A stretch of 64,000 bases of DNA. It comes from Euglena gracilis. Its lineage: Eukaryota. The stretch covers positions 19,392,642-19,456,641 of the forward strand of contig CP154954.1 in the NCBI GenBank assembly GCA_039621445.1. Direction: 5' to 3'. The notes under the pieces are model-generated. The model was given only the letters and a program-made list of their open reading frames with translations, did no database searches and had not been told where the DNA came from. This document shows positions 45,013 to 57,599 of the stretch, one piece after another; positions within the stretch are counted from its first letter, which is position 1; every line of letters starts with the position of its first letter. The position numbers and the translations under genes are program-made.

Positions 45013-45559
45013 GGAGACTAGGCACGGTGGGGGGGGGGGCTGAGGGGGCTTCTTCACCCCCCCAGGTTGCGAAGTCGACAGTTGGGTTGAGTTGGGAGGT
45101 TTCCAAAGGGGTTCTACCCATGATTTCGCTTTCTAGCTCAAGTTTTTGGAGCATTGGATTTCAAAAAAGGCGTTAGCGTCTCGGCCCCTTCGGGGCCAGG
45201 AATCAGAAAAAAGTACATTTTGGTTGTGCCATGAAAAAAATTTTCCTCGGCGCTTCCTTCGCGCCGGGGAAAAAAGGATGTGCTCCAAATTTTGTCGGTT
45301 CCTCGCCCCCCCCCCCCCCCGGGAAAAAATTGTTCCGCCACCGCTGAGGTGGGGGGGAGGGCCGCCGGGCGGTGCGCGGCCCATTTTCGGGTCCAAAAAA
45401 TGGTCATTTTTGGCCATTTTTGGGCCATTTTTGCTACAAAAAATGCCTTTTTCTTGGCTATGCTAGGCACAGTGGGGGGGGGTCCGAGGGGCCGCGGGGG
45501 GGGGGGAGGGGGGCCCCCCGGTACCGGGACCCCCCCCCCCAGTGGCGCGCCTAGCCTCC
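45013..45559. mobile_element. Related PIF/Harbinger-like MITE
   Basis: TIRs ggagactaggc / gcctagcctcc with aaa on both flanks. Confidence 0.65.
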
Positions 45560-46516
45560 AAAGAATTTTTTTGAAAGGGAATTTTGCAGGATATTCTCAT
45601 CGACCATCACATTTTTTGGGATGAATGTCGGGCCATTTTTGACAAAACTCCATTTTGGGTGTGGAAACGCACCGGTTTTTGGAGCCTTTTTTTTTAAGAG
45701 GACAAGACTTTTGCGTTGTAAACTTTTTTAAAAAAACACACTTTCCATTTTTTTTAAAAAAAACACTTTTTTGTTGGTTTTTTTAAACAAAGTAATTTTT
45801 TAAAAAAAACGTCAGCTTTGATCATGGTCCCTAGAATGGTGGTGCCCCCGCGTCCCCAACACCTCCGTGCCTTGTCTTTGAAAAGGGGCAGGGGCTGCGG
45901 TGCCTCGGGCGTTTTCCGAAGAGTTCTTCTGGGTGGAACGACAGAGCTTTTGTTTTTCCACCGACCGTGCGCAGTGTTGTGGTGAAGCCGTACGAAGGCT
46001 GTGGCAAACGTTGGTGTGCTTACCCCACAGGGGGAGGTGGTTGTTTGATGAAACCTGCCCCACAGGTTTGCCTCCTGGACGAGCAGCAATACGAGGGTAC
46101 AGGACTGACAAGGGGTCTGTCCACTTACTCCTCAGGGGATCAGGCAGTAGACTTTGGTCATTTTGACCCCCCTCCCCCCCCCTATGGTGAAGTTCACCGT
46201 TTGAAAGTTCACCGGGGGGTCCCGGGCCCCCACCTCTGCCTAACCCATCGGTGAACTTCACCGGTGAAGTTCACCAAGAACTTGATAGTTCTTGAACTTC
46301 AGTTATTGCTTGAACTTCTTCGGCTTCACCCAAACTTGAATGCTTCACCAAACAACTTGAATAGGGGGCCTTTGCGCCCAGAAAACAGAAGCAAGGCCTT
46401 TTCAGGCGCAAAGCAATACCAGCACCGGCCACAGTACCTGCGGCCAGTGGCAACAGCATTTCCAGCTTCTCCACACTTGAACCCCTCCAGGGGCTTTCAA
46501 AACATGGTGAATGCGA

Positions 46517-46539
46517 CCAAAAAAAATAGACACTCAGAA
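46517..46539 (-). other. Euglenid spliced-leader relic, copy 2
   Basis: TTCTGAGTGTCTATTTTTTTT (21 contiguous matches), then GG, then tcgcattcaccATG. Confidence 0.75.
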
Positions 46540-46564
46540 GAAGAAAAGTCACATGAATTAGGAC

Positions 46565-47121
46565 TAAATACCTTTTCGCGCTCTGAATGGTTCGAAACAC
46601 GCGACACGCAGCGGTCCAAGACTTCCTCACCTCCTTGGCTCAACGCGCCAGATTCCAAGCCAAAAAAAAGAACAACGGGCTGATGACAATTCTCAGCCTG
46701 GCGATATCTTCATTCCTCGCCTTGACAGTGAAGGCCCGGTCGCCATCGACGTCCCCATCCGTCACACACAGACGCCAAGCAATCCTCTGAGCCGTGCCGC
46801 ACAACTTCCCATTTGGCAAGAAAAACAAGAAGAGACAAACACCGCAAATATGATGCAACATGTTCGAGACGAGGCTGGCGCCTCACCCCGTTTGTGTTTG
46901 GCGGCATGGGGCAGCAAGGCCATTCTCTGATGTCCACTCTCCTTAAAGCCTTGTTAGGGCAAAGGGAGAGTTGGCTTCAGCGCCAAACCCAAGCAGAAGT
47001 GTGGCAAGGACTCTCACTCCTGGCCAAAGAAATCTCTAAACAACTGGTTTGGAGCTTCTACACCAACCTGTCAAATGACACTGACCTATCTGCCGGTTGC
47101 CACCTCCCCTATTCCCAATAA
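46565..47121 (+). pseudogene. 3' fragment of CRE-like element (RLE domain)
   Basis: TRHAAVQDFL, PGDI, AIDV, KHRKYDATC...LTPFVFGGMG across frames. Confidence 0.75.
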
Positions 47122-47213
47122 ACACCTGTCGACCTTGGTTAACCCACCCCCTCCACATGAACCATACCCGCTTCACACTCCTGTCTCCCATGTCCTCTCC
47201 TTGATATGCCACC

Positions 47214-47388
47214 CAAGGTTCCCGGGCTGTTTTTATACAAGTTGTTTAAAACTGGTTTTTTTCCTATTTGTTGTGTTTTATTTTAAAAAAACACCCTTTT
47301 TAAAAATAAAAAAACCGTTTTTAAACCATTTTTTACTCATGAAAGTTTTTTTTGCTTTGTTGTAAAACAAAAAAAAACGGGAACCTTG
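47214..47388. mobile_element. Short MITE (caaggttcccg family)
   Basis: TIRs caaggttcccg / cgggaaccttg; inverted homologue of 49256-49438. TSD unclear. Confidence 0.7.
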
Positions 47389-48379
47389 CCACCAACGTCA
47401 GTGTAGCCATCTGTTCGCGACCAAAGATAAAAATTAACCCTAACCCATGAATCCATGGAGCAAAACAGCCCTTGGGTCCCGACACACGCACGCCATCCAA
47501 CGGCAAGAAAGCACAACACATGTGCCCCCCCCCCTCCCTGGCACTTTACCCTCACCCCCCCCCCCCCATATTTGGCTAATGGGCTCCTTCAGACCCCCAA
47601 TCAGCCAATTCAATTAGGGGGGGGGGGGGCTCAAGGACCCCTACCCCCAATTTTTTCCCCTGTGCAAAATTTGTCGATTGTTGTCCTTGAGGGACTCCGT
47701 GGGGCGTTCTATGTACAACATGTACAGCGGTGCGTGCTGTGTGTGCTCGGTGCGTGCTGAGTCAGGTAGAGGTAGAGGTCAAAGTCCTCTACCTCTATCT
47801 GACCCACCTCCACCTCCACCTCTACCTCTATGTCACCTCTATGTCCATAAAATGTCATAAACTGGCACCAATGAGGGACACAAAAGGCTCCAAATGCCTC
47901 AAATTTGGCAAATTAGCATCTCAACGCCTCTTGTTTAGGTTACGAATGAGAAAAACTATCCGGATGGGTGGTTTCAAAAACTGCCAAAAGAGATTCGTGA
48001 CAAGAATGGCCAATTTCTGATTTTTTGCATAAAATTGCCTTCACTCGGCAGAAATTTTCTTTATAAGCCACTTTCCTTAAAAGTTTGGCATTGAGGTGAG
48101 TCAAGTTTGGCAGCTGCTACGACCAAAGCACGCCACACGGTAAAAGCAAAAGGCCAGAAGAAAGAAGATAAGCGAACCAGAACGCCAGGCGAGCAAACAA
48201 GTCGATGACATCAGCACCAGCCGCGGGGAGCAGCACGCGGCAAAACGAGAAGCGACAACAGAGAGATGGAGACACTTACCGCGGCAAGAACCACCGTTGC
48301 GGGGTTTTGCCCTCACTCCTTCCCTGCCGCATCTTACCTCACGGACGTTTTACTTTGTACAGTACACACATACAGTCAG

Positions 48380-50180
48380 TCACCTAAACACAGGGAGGTC
48401 GCTGTGGAGGCACCTGCGCATGGTGGCTCAATGTACAGTCACGCCCCCGTAAGCCCCCGTGGAAGCAGACAAAGCTCCTTGGGGTGAGCATGGCCTCGGG
48501 AAAAAGGCGATCCATGAAAAGTGGTGAGCCCCAAATCCTGAGGGTGACACGGCATGAGGAGGATGGGTGCCAGCTCCGCACGGGTGTAATCCTCGGCCTT
48601 GACGAGCCCATCTCCCCCCAGCCACGGTGAGGGGTCGGAAGGAGCAACGGTCAGGAGGGAGGTTCGGCAGCCACCCCCCCCCCTTGTGGTCGGACCCCCT
48701 CGGCACGGCAAAATGGGGACCCCCCCCTGGTCAGCCGACCTCCTCGGCACGGCATGCTGAACCATACCAATGAATATTCCTTTGGGAAATTCGGGCTGTC
48801 CGCCACGGTGGACCCCGCCTGGGGGACTAACCCCCTCGCCACAGCAAAATGGGGACCCCCCCCCCTGGTGGCCGAGGGTCCTCGTCAGACGTGCCAAACC
48901 TCCGAGCGCCGTGTGGTGTGGGGCGCCCTTGGGGCCGAGCCGTGGTGACGGGGAGTGTAGTTTCTCTGTCAGGTGTTGTCGCATACGCCGGGGCAACCAA
49001 CCTGTGGCCGTTTGTGAAGAAGGAGCATAGGGCAGCCATGCATGCTGCGATTTGCGTCAAAGCAGGAATCTGCAGACCGCAGCCCCTTTTTGATAGTGGC
49101 AGTGAAGCTTGCATCCTTTGTTCTGCAGACAGGCTGTTACCAACAACGTCTTGAAACGCCTGCAGTATGACCTCAGAGCACGCAGCAATGCTGTCTTGAC
49201 AGCCGTACAAATCCGAATTCCTCAGCAGGTGGTTTACGCGGCAGCCGTCTAGGCACAAGGTTCCCGTTTTTTTTTTGCTTTAAAACAAAGCAAAAAAATT
49301 TATTGTTTTTTCATGAATAAAAAAACGGTTTAAAAACGGTTTTTGTTTTAAAAAAGGGTGTTTTTTAAAAATAAAACACTACAAACAGGAAAAAAATCTG
49401 TTTTAAACAACTTGTTTAAAAACAGCCCGGGAACCTTGTCTAGTCAAAAATGTATTAAGTGGTGCGCCAGTTGTGGGTCAGCCAACTGTGTGACTGTTTC
49501 GGCCATCTGTTCAATTTTGTTGGTTGCCTCTGACCAGGAGTCTGCATTGTGTGCTTGTGTTGTTGGGAAGTCAATTGGGGCCCCCAAGACTGTTATTCTG
49601 AAATTTGGTTCTCAGGGAATGACCTTTAGGTCCCCGTGGCAGCCCGCCTGGGTGGCAGCTGGTCTCCTCCCAAATTGAGCTGAATGCCAACACGCTCGGA
49701 TTCGCCTTTGATGAATTGTAGGCACCGCTGAATTCTTTCCGGGTCTCCCACCAGAAGGCCATCGTCAAGGTACCAAACAGACCATAAAAGCTCCGCAGAG
49801 CGGTGTATGGTTTCCACAATTGGCTCCAGACCCATCGCAAAGCTCACCGGTCCCAGTGGGCAACCTTGTTGTGTTTGGCCGTCACAGAATAATGGGCTCG
49901 GAGAGCTGTACGCGAAATGCAAATAATTGTATAATGACGGGACTGCTCTGTGCAGTTAATAGCAGCGTTTGGTCGATGCAATTAAACGCGTTCCGGAAAT
50001 CCAGTTGTAGAATTGCCAAGTTTGTGGGTCCAGTTTCCGAATGAGTTGTTGCAAGCCTATTCCAACCGTTTCGGCTGCTCTGGAAACACCCACGCCCACC
50101 TGGGCGGGAGAGAATTGGGCCAACCCCAGTTGCTAAAACGGCTTTGCCCACAAGGCGGCGGAGAGTGTCACCCACCGCAG
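48380..50180 (-). pseudogene. Decayed CRE-like RT/RLE copy
   Basis: GDTLRRLVGK, LDFRNAFN, QQGCPLGP, WYLDDG, CLDGCRVNHLLR, QASLPLSKRGCGL in shifted frames. Confidence 0.85.
49256..49438. mobile_element. hAT-like MITE inserted in the decayed CRE copy
   Basis: TIRs caaggttcccg / cgggaaccttg; TSD tctaggca / tctagtca (7 of 8 match). Confidence 0.8.
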
Positions 50181-51944
50181 AGGTTAGTTAAGAAGCTCCA
50201 AACTAATTGCTTTGAGATTTCCTTTTCCCATATGAGGTATGAGCCTGGCCAATGGTGACGAGGGTGGCCAAGTTCCAAACCTTTGGAACCTTGGCTGACA
50301 ATTTTTTTTTTGTCAGGGAATGCTTGAAAGAGAAAGCAAAACACATATGGAACATGAAGCGAAGAAAGGTTGCAATAACAGCCTGCATATGCAATCCACT
50401 GGTGGTCGCAATGGCCAAAACCTTTCGGAATTCTGCCAAACCACTGAGCCAGTCTTGGGGCCAGTTTGGTGCCACATCTTGGGGCCATTTTGGTACCACA
50501 TCTTGGGGCCCTGGCGTGGAAACGGGGGGCACCGAAGTTGCCCCCCGCTTCCACGCCGGGAATCGTGACTGACCCCCGATTCTGGGTTAAAACCGTTACC
50601 CAAATTCACGGGCTTCCCCACAATCCCCGGAACCCTCCTCCCCCCCCCTCTTGTTCAGTTCACTTCGGAAGTGAACAGTGGGGTCCCGAGATCCCCATCG
50701 GGAAAAAAACGAAAAACGGAACGACGGGCGCACACTGATCAAGGCATTTTTTTTCAGCAAATTTTTGGCGCCTTGGGTGCCGGACCCCCCCTTCCCCCCC
50801 ACTCTGGGAAGTCAACATTTCCAGTTCAGTTCGGAATCGGTGTCATGTCTTGGGCCAGTTTGGTGCCGCATTTTGGGGCCAGTTTGTGTCATAGTATTAA
50901 GGGCATTTATGGCAAAAGATTTTGGGGCCAGTTTGTTGGCACAGGTGGGGGCACTCTTTCTTTGTTTGTAGTTTTGTTCACAAAAGATTCACTGAGGTCA
51001 CAAAGGTGTATTCCCGCCTGGGAGGTGGTAGGGTGTCCACCACGACGCCCTTGTGCAGTTGTTGGCTTTTTGACCATGCTGACAACGGATTTGTGATCAT
51101 ATGTTTTTGCGCTGAAACTTGCTCGCTACGTGTCAGTTCAGTGTGCCACCACTTGCATTGCCTCCTGTAATTCTGGTCTACTTTTTAACCGGTCCAGGTT
51201 CACCACCATCCGGGATTGCCGTCTGCCCCTCCGGTGTCCCCCTCTGCCTAACCAACAGTGAATTTCACCGGTGAAGGTCACCACAAGGGCACTTTTTTTT
51301 GGCCAAAAATGGCCAAAAATGACATTTTTTCGGAAATTTTGATAAAATTCCACGAACCATTCAACCTCAAAATGACCATTTTGAGAGGAAAAGGAGCAAC
51401 CCCCCCCCCCCGTACTGCTTAACCTCCACTTGGGGGGGGGGCGCGGGGCCCCGTGAATACCAATCCCCCCCCTCCCCCTCCCGAGCTATTCCCGTCCCCG
51501 GGACCCTTTACGGCCGAATGGGAACGGTATGGGGGGGGAGGGAACAACAACTCGGGGGGGGGGGACCTAGGTCCCCCCCCCCCCGAGCTATTCCCATACC
51601 CGACCCTCGGGCAACCCAAAAGGGGTCATTTTTGGCAACTTTTTTGGATGTTCGCAAAAAATGGTCAATTTTAATCACATTTGCCAAAAAGTGATTTTTG
51701 AAAACGTCCCAAAAACGTCAATTTTTGAGCACTTTTTTTTTGGAAGTTCTTTATAAAAAGTGCTACCCCCCCCCTAATTGAACCCTCCCCCCCCTATTTG
51801 ACCAAACACCCCGGGGAAACCCCCCCCCCTAATTGACTGCCCGGGGGCATCCAACCTGCATGCTTCACAGCCATGGCACCAAAGATGAAGCAAATGGCTC
51901 TATCTTTTATTCCTCGCGCAAGGCTGCCGGGCTTGCAGAATGCC

Positions 51945-52005
51945 GGTTAGGGTTAGGGTTAGGGTTAGGGCTTGGGTTAGGGTTAGGGTTAGGGTTAAGG
52001 TTAGG
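51945..52005 (+). repeat. Interstitial telomeric repeat (TTAGGG) x ~10
   Basis: Direct reading, with two variant units. Confidence 0.9.
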
Positions 52006-53407
52006 ACATTGCTTCCCCCAATTGAAGGTACCCCCCTAATTGACGGTACCCCCCCCCCCCCTAATCGACGGCACCTCCCCCTAATTGACGGCACCCCCCA
52101 GGGATCCTCACACGTCCTGAAAAGGAAATTCACGGAAATTCACGGAGGATCACGGAAATGGGCAGAAGGCCATTTTCACGGAAATCACGCAAAATCACGG
52201 AAATTCACGGATGCGGCGGAGGGTTCGGAAAAAATTTTTGGGTCTTTTTTGAATGTGCTTTGTTTGTGCAGATGCATTTTGATGGGATGTTTTGCACATT
52301 CTCTGCCTTTCCAAACAGATCTAGCAAAACCTCATTCAGACAATCACACGCTTTCCTCCATTCTGGTCTCCCGGTCACAAAATTGGACCACAAAAGCAAC
52401 AGAGGTGTTCTCCAAAAATACACACAAATTGAGGACGGGTGGGTTTTTGCTTATTCAGAAAATGATTTTCCACCTTTCTGCCCAGGCTGCATCCAGAAGG
52501 GTCAATCGCTATATTGGTCCGCTGACAGGGTTTTGGCAACCCATTTAGGGGCAATCAATAAAAAAAATTCAAGGACAAAAGGTTGTTTTTTCCCTCCTGT
52601 ACCCTTTTCATTTTCACTTTTAGGAATTGATGGATGGACTCACAGTTCTGGGCATGCGACCATAAACATTTTGTTGGGTATGCAAGGGAAGATGTACGTT
52701 GTAGCATGCGTTCAGTTGGATTGCAAAAGGCCTAACTTGGGGGTTGAGCACTTGGAATTGGCTTCAGCTGTTGTCGAGGCCCTGGAGGATCTCCAGGACT
52801 ATAATATGGAGAAACAATCTGCTGCCACAACTGCCCAAATATGGCTCCGGTGCAGAATGGAATGTGACTTTTGACCTTTTCCGGAAACAGGAAATTCATG
52901 GAAAATCACAGAAAATCACGGAAAATCACGGAAAATCACGGATACATTTTGGCCTCGGCCAGCACGGACGTGTGAGGATCCCTGCACCCCCCCTAATTGA
53001 ACCCCCCCCCCAAATTGACCAAAAGGAGGGTCCCGTGGAGAGGTCCCATAGTCAATTGGGGGGGGGGAGGTGGCCTGACAGTGAGCTATTCCCGTCCCCC
53101 CAATGGGGGTGTTCCCCCCATGACCCGTGACCCCTCCCCGTGACCCCCCGTTGACCCGAACAAGGATCTTTTTTGGCGAAATTTTGTAGGGAAATTTTTT
53201 TGGCCGGTGATGCCTAATTCAAGAAAATTCTCAGGCAGATTCCTAATTTTAAGGCGTAAATTTTTCGAATTTGGGCTTGGTAATTCCTAATTTGGTGTCA
53301 AAATCCTAATTTCAGGTGTGGGGATTCCTAATTTGTGGAATTTTCCCCAAAAATTCCGGCTCGGTGATTCCTAATTTTGCCACTAAAAATGTGGTGTTCC
53401 CCCCGTG

Positions 53408-53443
<36 letters not shown>

Positions 53444-56400
53444 TGACCCCCCCCGTTTTTTTTTTGACCGACCCCCCCTCCCGTGACCTGCACCAATCAG
53501 TTGCGAGTTTGGTGCCACATCTTGGTGCCACATCTCCAGCATATGACCAGCGAGAGCACCGGGCCGTTTTTCTCCCCATTGAACCTGACAAGAAGAACTG
53601 CAACAAAAGGAAGGACAAATATTTTGTCCTGCTCTCTCCTGGGTGGTTCCAAATTGCCTTGTTGTAAGTTTGGTGAAAAAAAGCTGCCTAAATCCTTTTT
53701 TAAAAAAATACGCGAATTGAAAACATTGGAAATGCACCTTTCCTTTTCTCAAACCTCTGACCTCAAATGCTTTCCGAAAAACGGAGATTGCGATTATGTT
53801 GAAATTATTTTGTTTCTCAAAAAAAAATTTCTTTCGAAGCCATACCAAATGGTGAAGAATGGTTTTGCCCATTCTTCTATCCAACCAAATACCTCCCAAA
53901 AAGCTCTGTGCACACCCCTAGCACATCCGTATACACATTCCAAGGCCCCGGATTTTAGTTCAGAGTGATCCTCCTGCACCGCTCCGAACCATGTTTTGCT
54001 TTACAAAATTTGCCACACCTCACTAAATGTCCAAAAAGACAAGAAATCTGACAAATTGTGTCGGGACAAATTAGAATACCTGGGAGTATCGGACCGCAGC
54101 CCATGCAAGAGGGAGCCAGGTACACAGGGGGTGGGGCTGGGACCCCCCGATCTGAATTGGACATGTTGACTTTTCAGCGGACACCCGAGTAGGGAATTTC
54201 GGACAAAATGAAGATCCCTTCTGGACAAATTTTGTTGTCCCTCGTTCCCAAGAACCCCCCTCCCCCGGACACAATTATTGGTCACCAATGGACGAAAAAT
54301 TTAGAACCCCATAGACATTTTCGTTGGGCCCCGGTGGACACTTCTGCGTGAGACTGGTGACCTTTTTCTGGGTGGATGGAAAAGACTTCAAGGAGCAGAC
54401 CAGACGTCTACGAACTCTTTATTTGCTGTTGGGTTGTGAGGTGCAGATGCATAAATATTTTAAAGGTAAATTGGTTGTATTAACACCGCCTCTTGGCGGG
54501 CTGAACCCCACCCGGACCACATCTTTTAGAATAAGAAACCCTAGAAAACAGAAATTTTCTTTTGTTGGATTTTACAAAACAGAAAGGTCTGAAACAGGCC
54601 TTTTGGGTGAACAATATTGCACGTTCATCAACCAGAACGATCTCTGAATCGTCAAAACCAGATAACATTATCCATTTGTGTCCCAGATAACGTGGTGAAG
54701 GGGGGGAGCTGGGACCCCCCCCCCCCCCGTTCACTTCCGAACTGAACTGGAAATGGAGGGGAGGGGGGGGGGTCCGGCGCCGAAGGCGCCAATTTTTTTT
54801 TAAAAAGTACCTTGATCGGTGTGCGGCTGTCGTTCCGGTTTTCAGTTTTTTTTTCCCTCCAGAAATGAGGTAGTCTCGGGACCCCCCCCCCCTGTTCATT
54901 TCCGAAGTGAACTGAACAAGGGGGAGGGGGGAGGGGGTCCAGAGTCCCGAAATGGACTACCTAGCCTCCATGAAGTTCATATACATCGTTGGTGGTGTCC
55001 ATATGTTTGGCCTTTTTCGGCCATTCTTGGGTATTTCCAAGCCATTTTTTGTCCATGTTGCCAACTTTGGATTTTTTTTGGCCAATTTTTGGTCATTTAA
55101 TGGTAATGTTGAGCGATTTTCCACCCCAAAAAGTGCAGTTGTCAGAGAAGGCACACAATGTACAACTGCTGTCCCGCCATGAACGGGTAAAATGGCCTCA
55201 AAACGGACCATAATGGTTGAAGATGGCTCAATTTTGACGTCAAAAGCATAAAATGACCAAAATTGCCCAAAGTGGTCCTCCAGTATAAAATTTGAAAGCA
55301 AAATAAGAAAATGGAGGGTTTTGTACAGTTGGGTACCAACATTGGAGTTAGGACACCAAAATAGTTGCACTTGAAATTAGCAGTTTGCACATTTGCACTT
55401 CCCACTCAGAATTAGGAACAAAATTGGGCATTAACCAATCAAAATATTAGGTGTCTGCAACGAACTCGCGCATGGAATTGCACCAAACTGGGCATTTGCC
55501 ACTCAAAAACGAACTCGCGCATGGAATTGCACCAAACTGGGCATTTGCCACTCAAAAATAGGAATTTGTACATGAAATTAGGCATTTGCCACCCAATTTA
55601 TACTAAATTAGGAATTTACCACTCAAAATTTGGAACTCGAACGCCAAATTAGGCATTAGCTAATCAACATCAGCTCATCAACCTCACCTAGCTTCCGTCT
55701 GTTGGCCATCGGCCAGCCGTGTGCTCCCCCATGATGAATGGTCCATTAAATAAACATAAAAAATAATATAATTAACATTGTTTGTTTGGATGCTTGTTTT
55801 TTTCCCTTCAATTTTGCACAAATTTTGAATGCACATTTCAATCATCTTTGGCATCTTCTGGGTCATTTCTGCCAAAAACTTCCTTCCACAAAAAAAAATG
55901 ATGGATGTGGCAGTTTTGAAGTCAGTTGGATTCGAAGTTTGATTTCGGTGTTTTGTAGCGAGTTTTTCAATGAAACTTCCATTTTTTTTTATTATTTTTT
56001 TGTATTTTTTTTCAAATAATTTTTTGAAAAAAACCACCAAGTTTGTCTTTTGTTGTCACCCCCAACACCAAAAGCATTTTTTTTCTTTCAAAACATGGGC
56101 AATGCACATGGGATATTTTTTTGCCCCCTCACAGATTTCTATTTTGCAATATGTCCTCAGCTGGTCAACCACCTGCGGGTCCATTGCCCTTCGGTGCAAT
56201 AGTATGCTCATTTGTTGCATATTTTTTGTGGAAGTTTGGGGAACCTTGCTGCACATCACCATACGTTTTCCCTGGTCGAATATCCCCCCATTTTTGGCCC
56301 AGAATTGGAAAGATTGGTTGATTATTCTTCCCCCTAAATTTTGGGGAGAGAAGATGTGATGTGATTCTTGGCTCTTGGCGCCATATGGTGGAAGTCGCCC

Positions 56401-57132
56401 CCCTTCCTCAGCTGGAACAGCTTGGTGGCGGACCTGATTATCCCCCCCCCCCCAGGGTTTGCATCTATTATCCCTCTGCCTCTATCCAACCCTGACAAAA
56501 ATACGGGAAAGGGATGAAAATTATATCAAAAAAAGGCAAAATATTTTTGAGATGTTCATTTCGCCAAGTGGGGGGTGGCAAATGGGGAGGGTCAACGCGG
56601 CTGATGAGAACTTTCCAGGAGGGCGGTCGTGCCGTAGGGGGGTCTTGCCAACCCATAACGACAGAAAATAAAATCCCGAAAAGGCTAAAAATCTCCCCAG
56701 CACTTCATGCGGATACGACCCCCTCCCGGATCAGAAAATTTTTCAGCCACCCGTGGGCGGTCCAATGCATTTCCTTTAAAACTTGGACCCCACATGAATG
56801 ACATTCTCCCCCTGGGAGGGGGACGCACGGAAAAACCCCCACAAACAAGCTCCCCCGAGACACATCAGAAAGCAGTTTTTTGGGAGGCATCATACATACA
56901 TTTCTGTAGATCCCCCCATGCAGCTGCAATGAGGTAGAGGTAGATGTCACCTCTACCTCTACTATCCCTCTATGTTTATTAAAATTCTCATGGGCCAAAA
57001 AAACCCTCCAGGGTCCTAGCCAGGACAAGAGGGGGGTCATTCAGGGGGGGTATGTGCTTAAATGGGGGTGTCGTCCCCATGACCCCCCCGTGACGCTGTT
57101 GGCTTCCTTGTCCACATGGATGGAACAAAAAA

Positions 57133-57160
57133 ATACCGAAAAAATAGACTCAGAAAGTGT
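57133..57160 (-). pseudogene. SL RNA gene 5' relic (SL exon + GT donor)
   Basis: ACACTTTCTGAG--TCTATTTTTT--CG|GTAT compared with the 28-nt euglenid SL ACACTTTCTGAGTGTCTATTTTTTTTCG. Confidence 0.6.
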
Positions 57161-57599
57161 TCGCAATGGGTGACCCCCCATGACCCCCCCCGTGACCCCC
57201 CGTGACCACCCCGTGACCCGGATTTGAAACCCCCCAAAATCCAAAGGAAAAGGAAACCCAAAGTCAAAAGGAAAGCTTTGGCAATTTGGCCCTGTATGGC
57301 TGTCTGGCAAGTTTGTACTGACCCCCATATCCCCCGTCCTAAAGGTGGTTCGATGTGTTTGAGGTGCCCTGGGGCACAAATGGCTCACTCTCCAATGGGG
57401 GTGGGGGGACCCCCTTCCGAAACTAGGGGGTGGGGGTGGGGGACCAGGTTTTGAACAGTGCTGAGCTCTTAATAGGAGCTGCGCAATAATGGACGTTAGA
57501 AAAGACTAGGACTGCAAATTTCGCAGATTTACATTTATTTTTTCCTTCAATTTTTCGAAGAAAAAAATAATAAATAAGAAATGAATAATAAATAATAAA

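Noticed and set aside
51945-52005. True chromosome end
   Set aside because: The tract is short, degenerate and flanked by sequence on both sides.
52680-52874. Possible further RLE C-terminal fragment or host exon
   Set aside because: Resemblance to the CRE C-terminus is too weak to call by eye.
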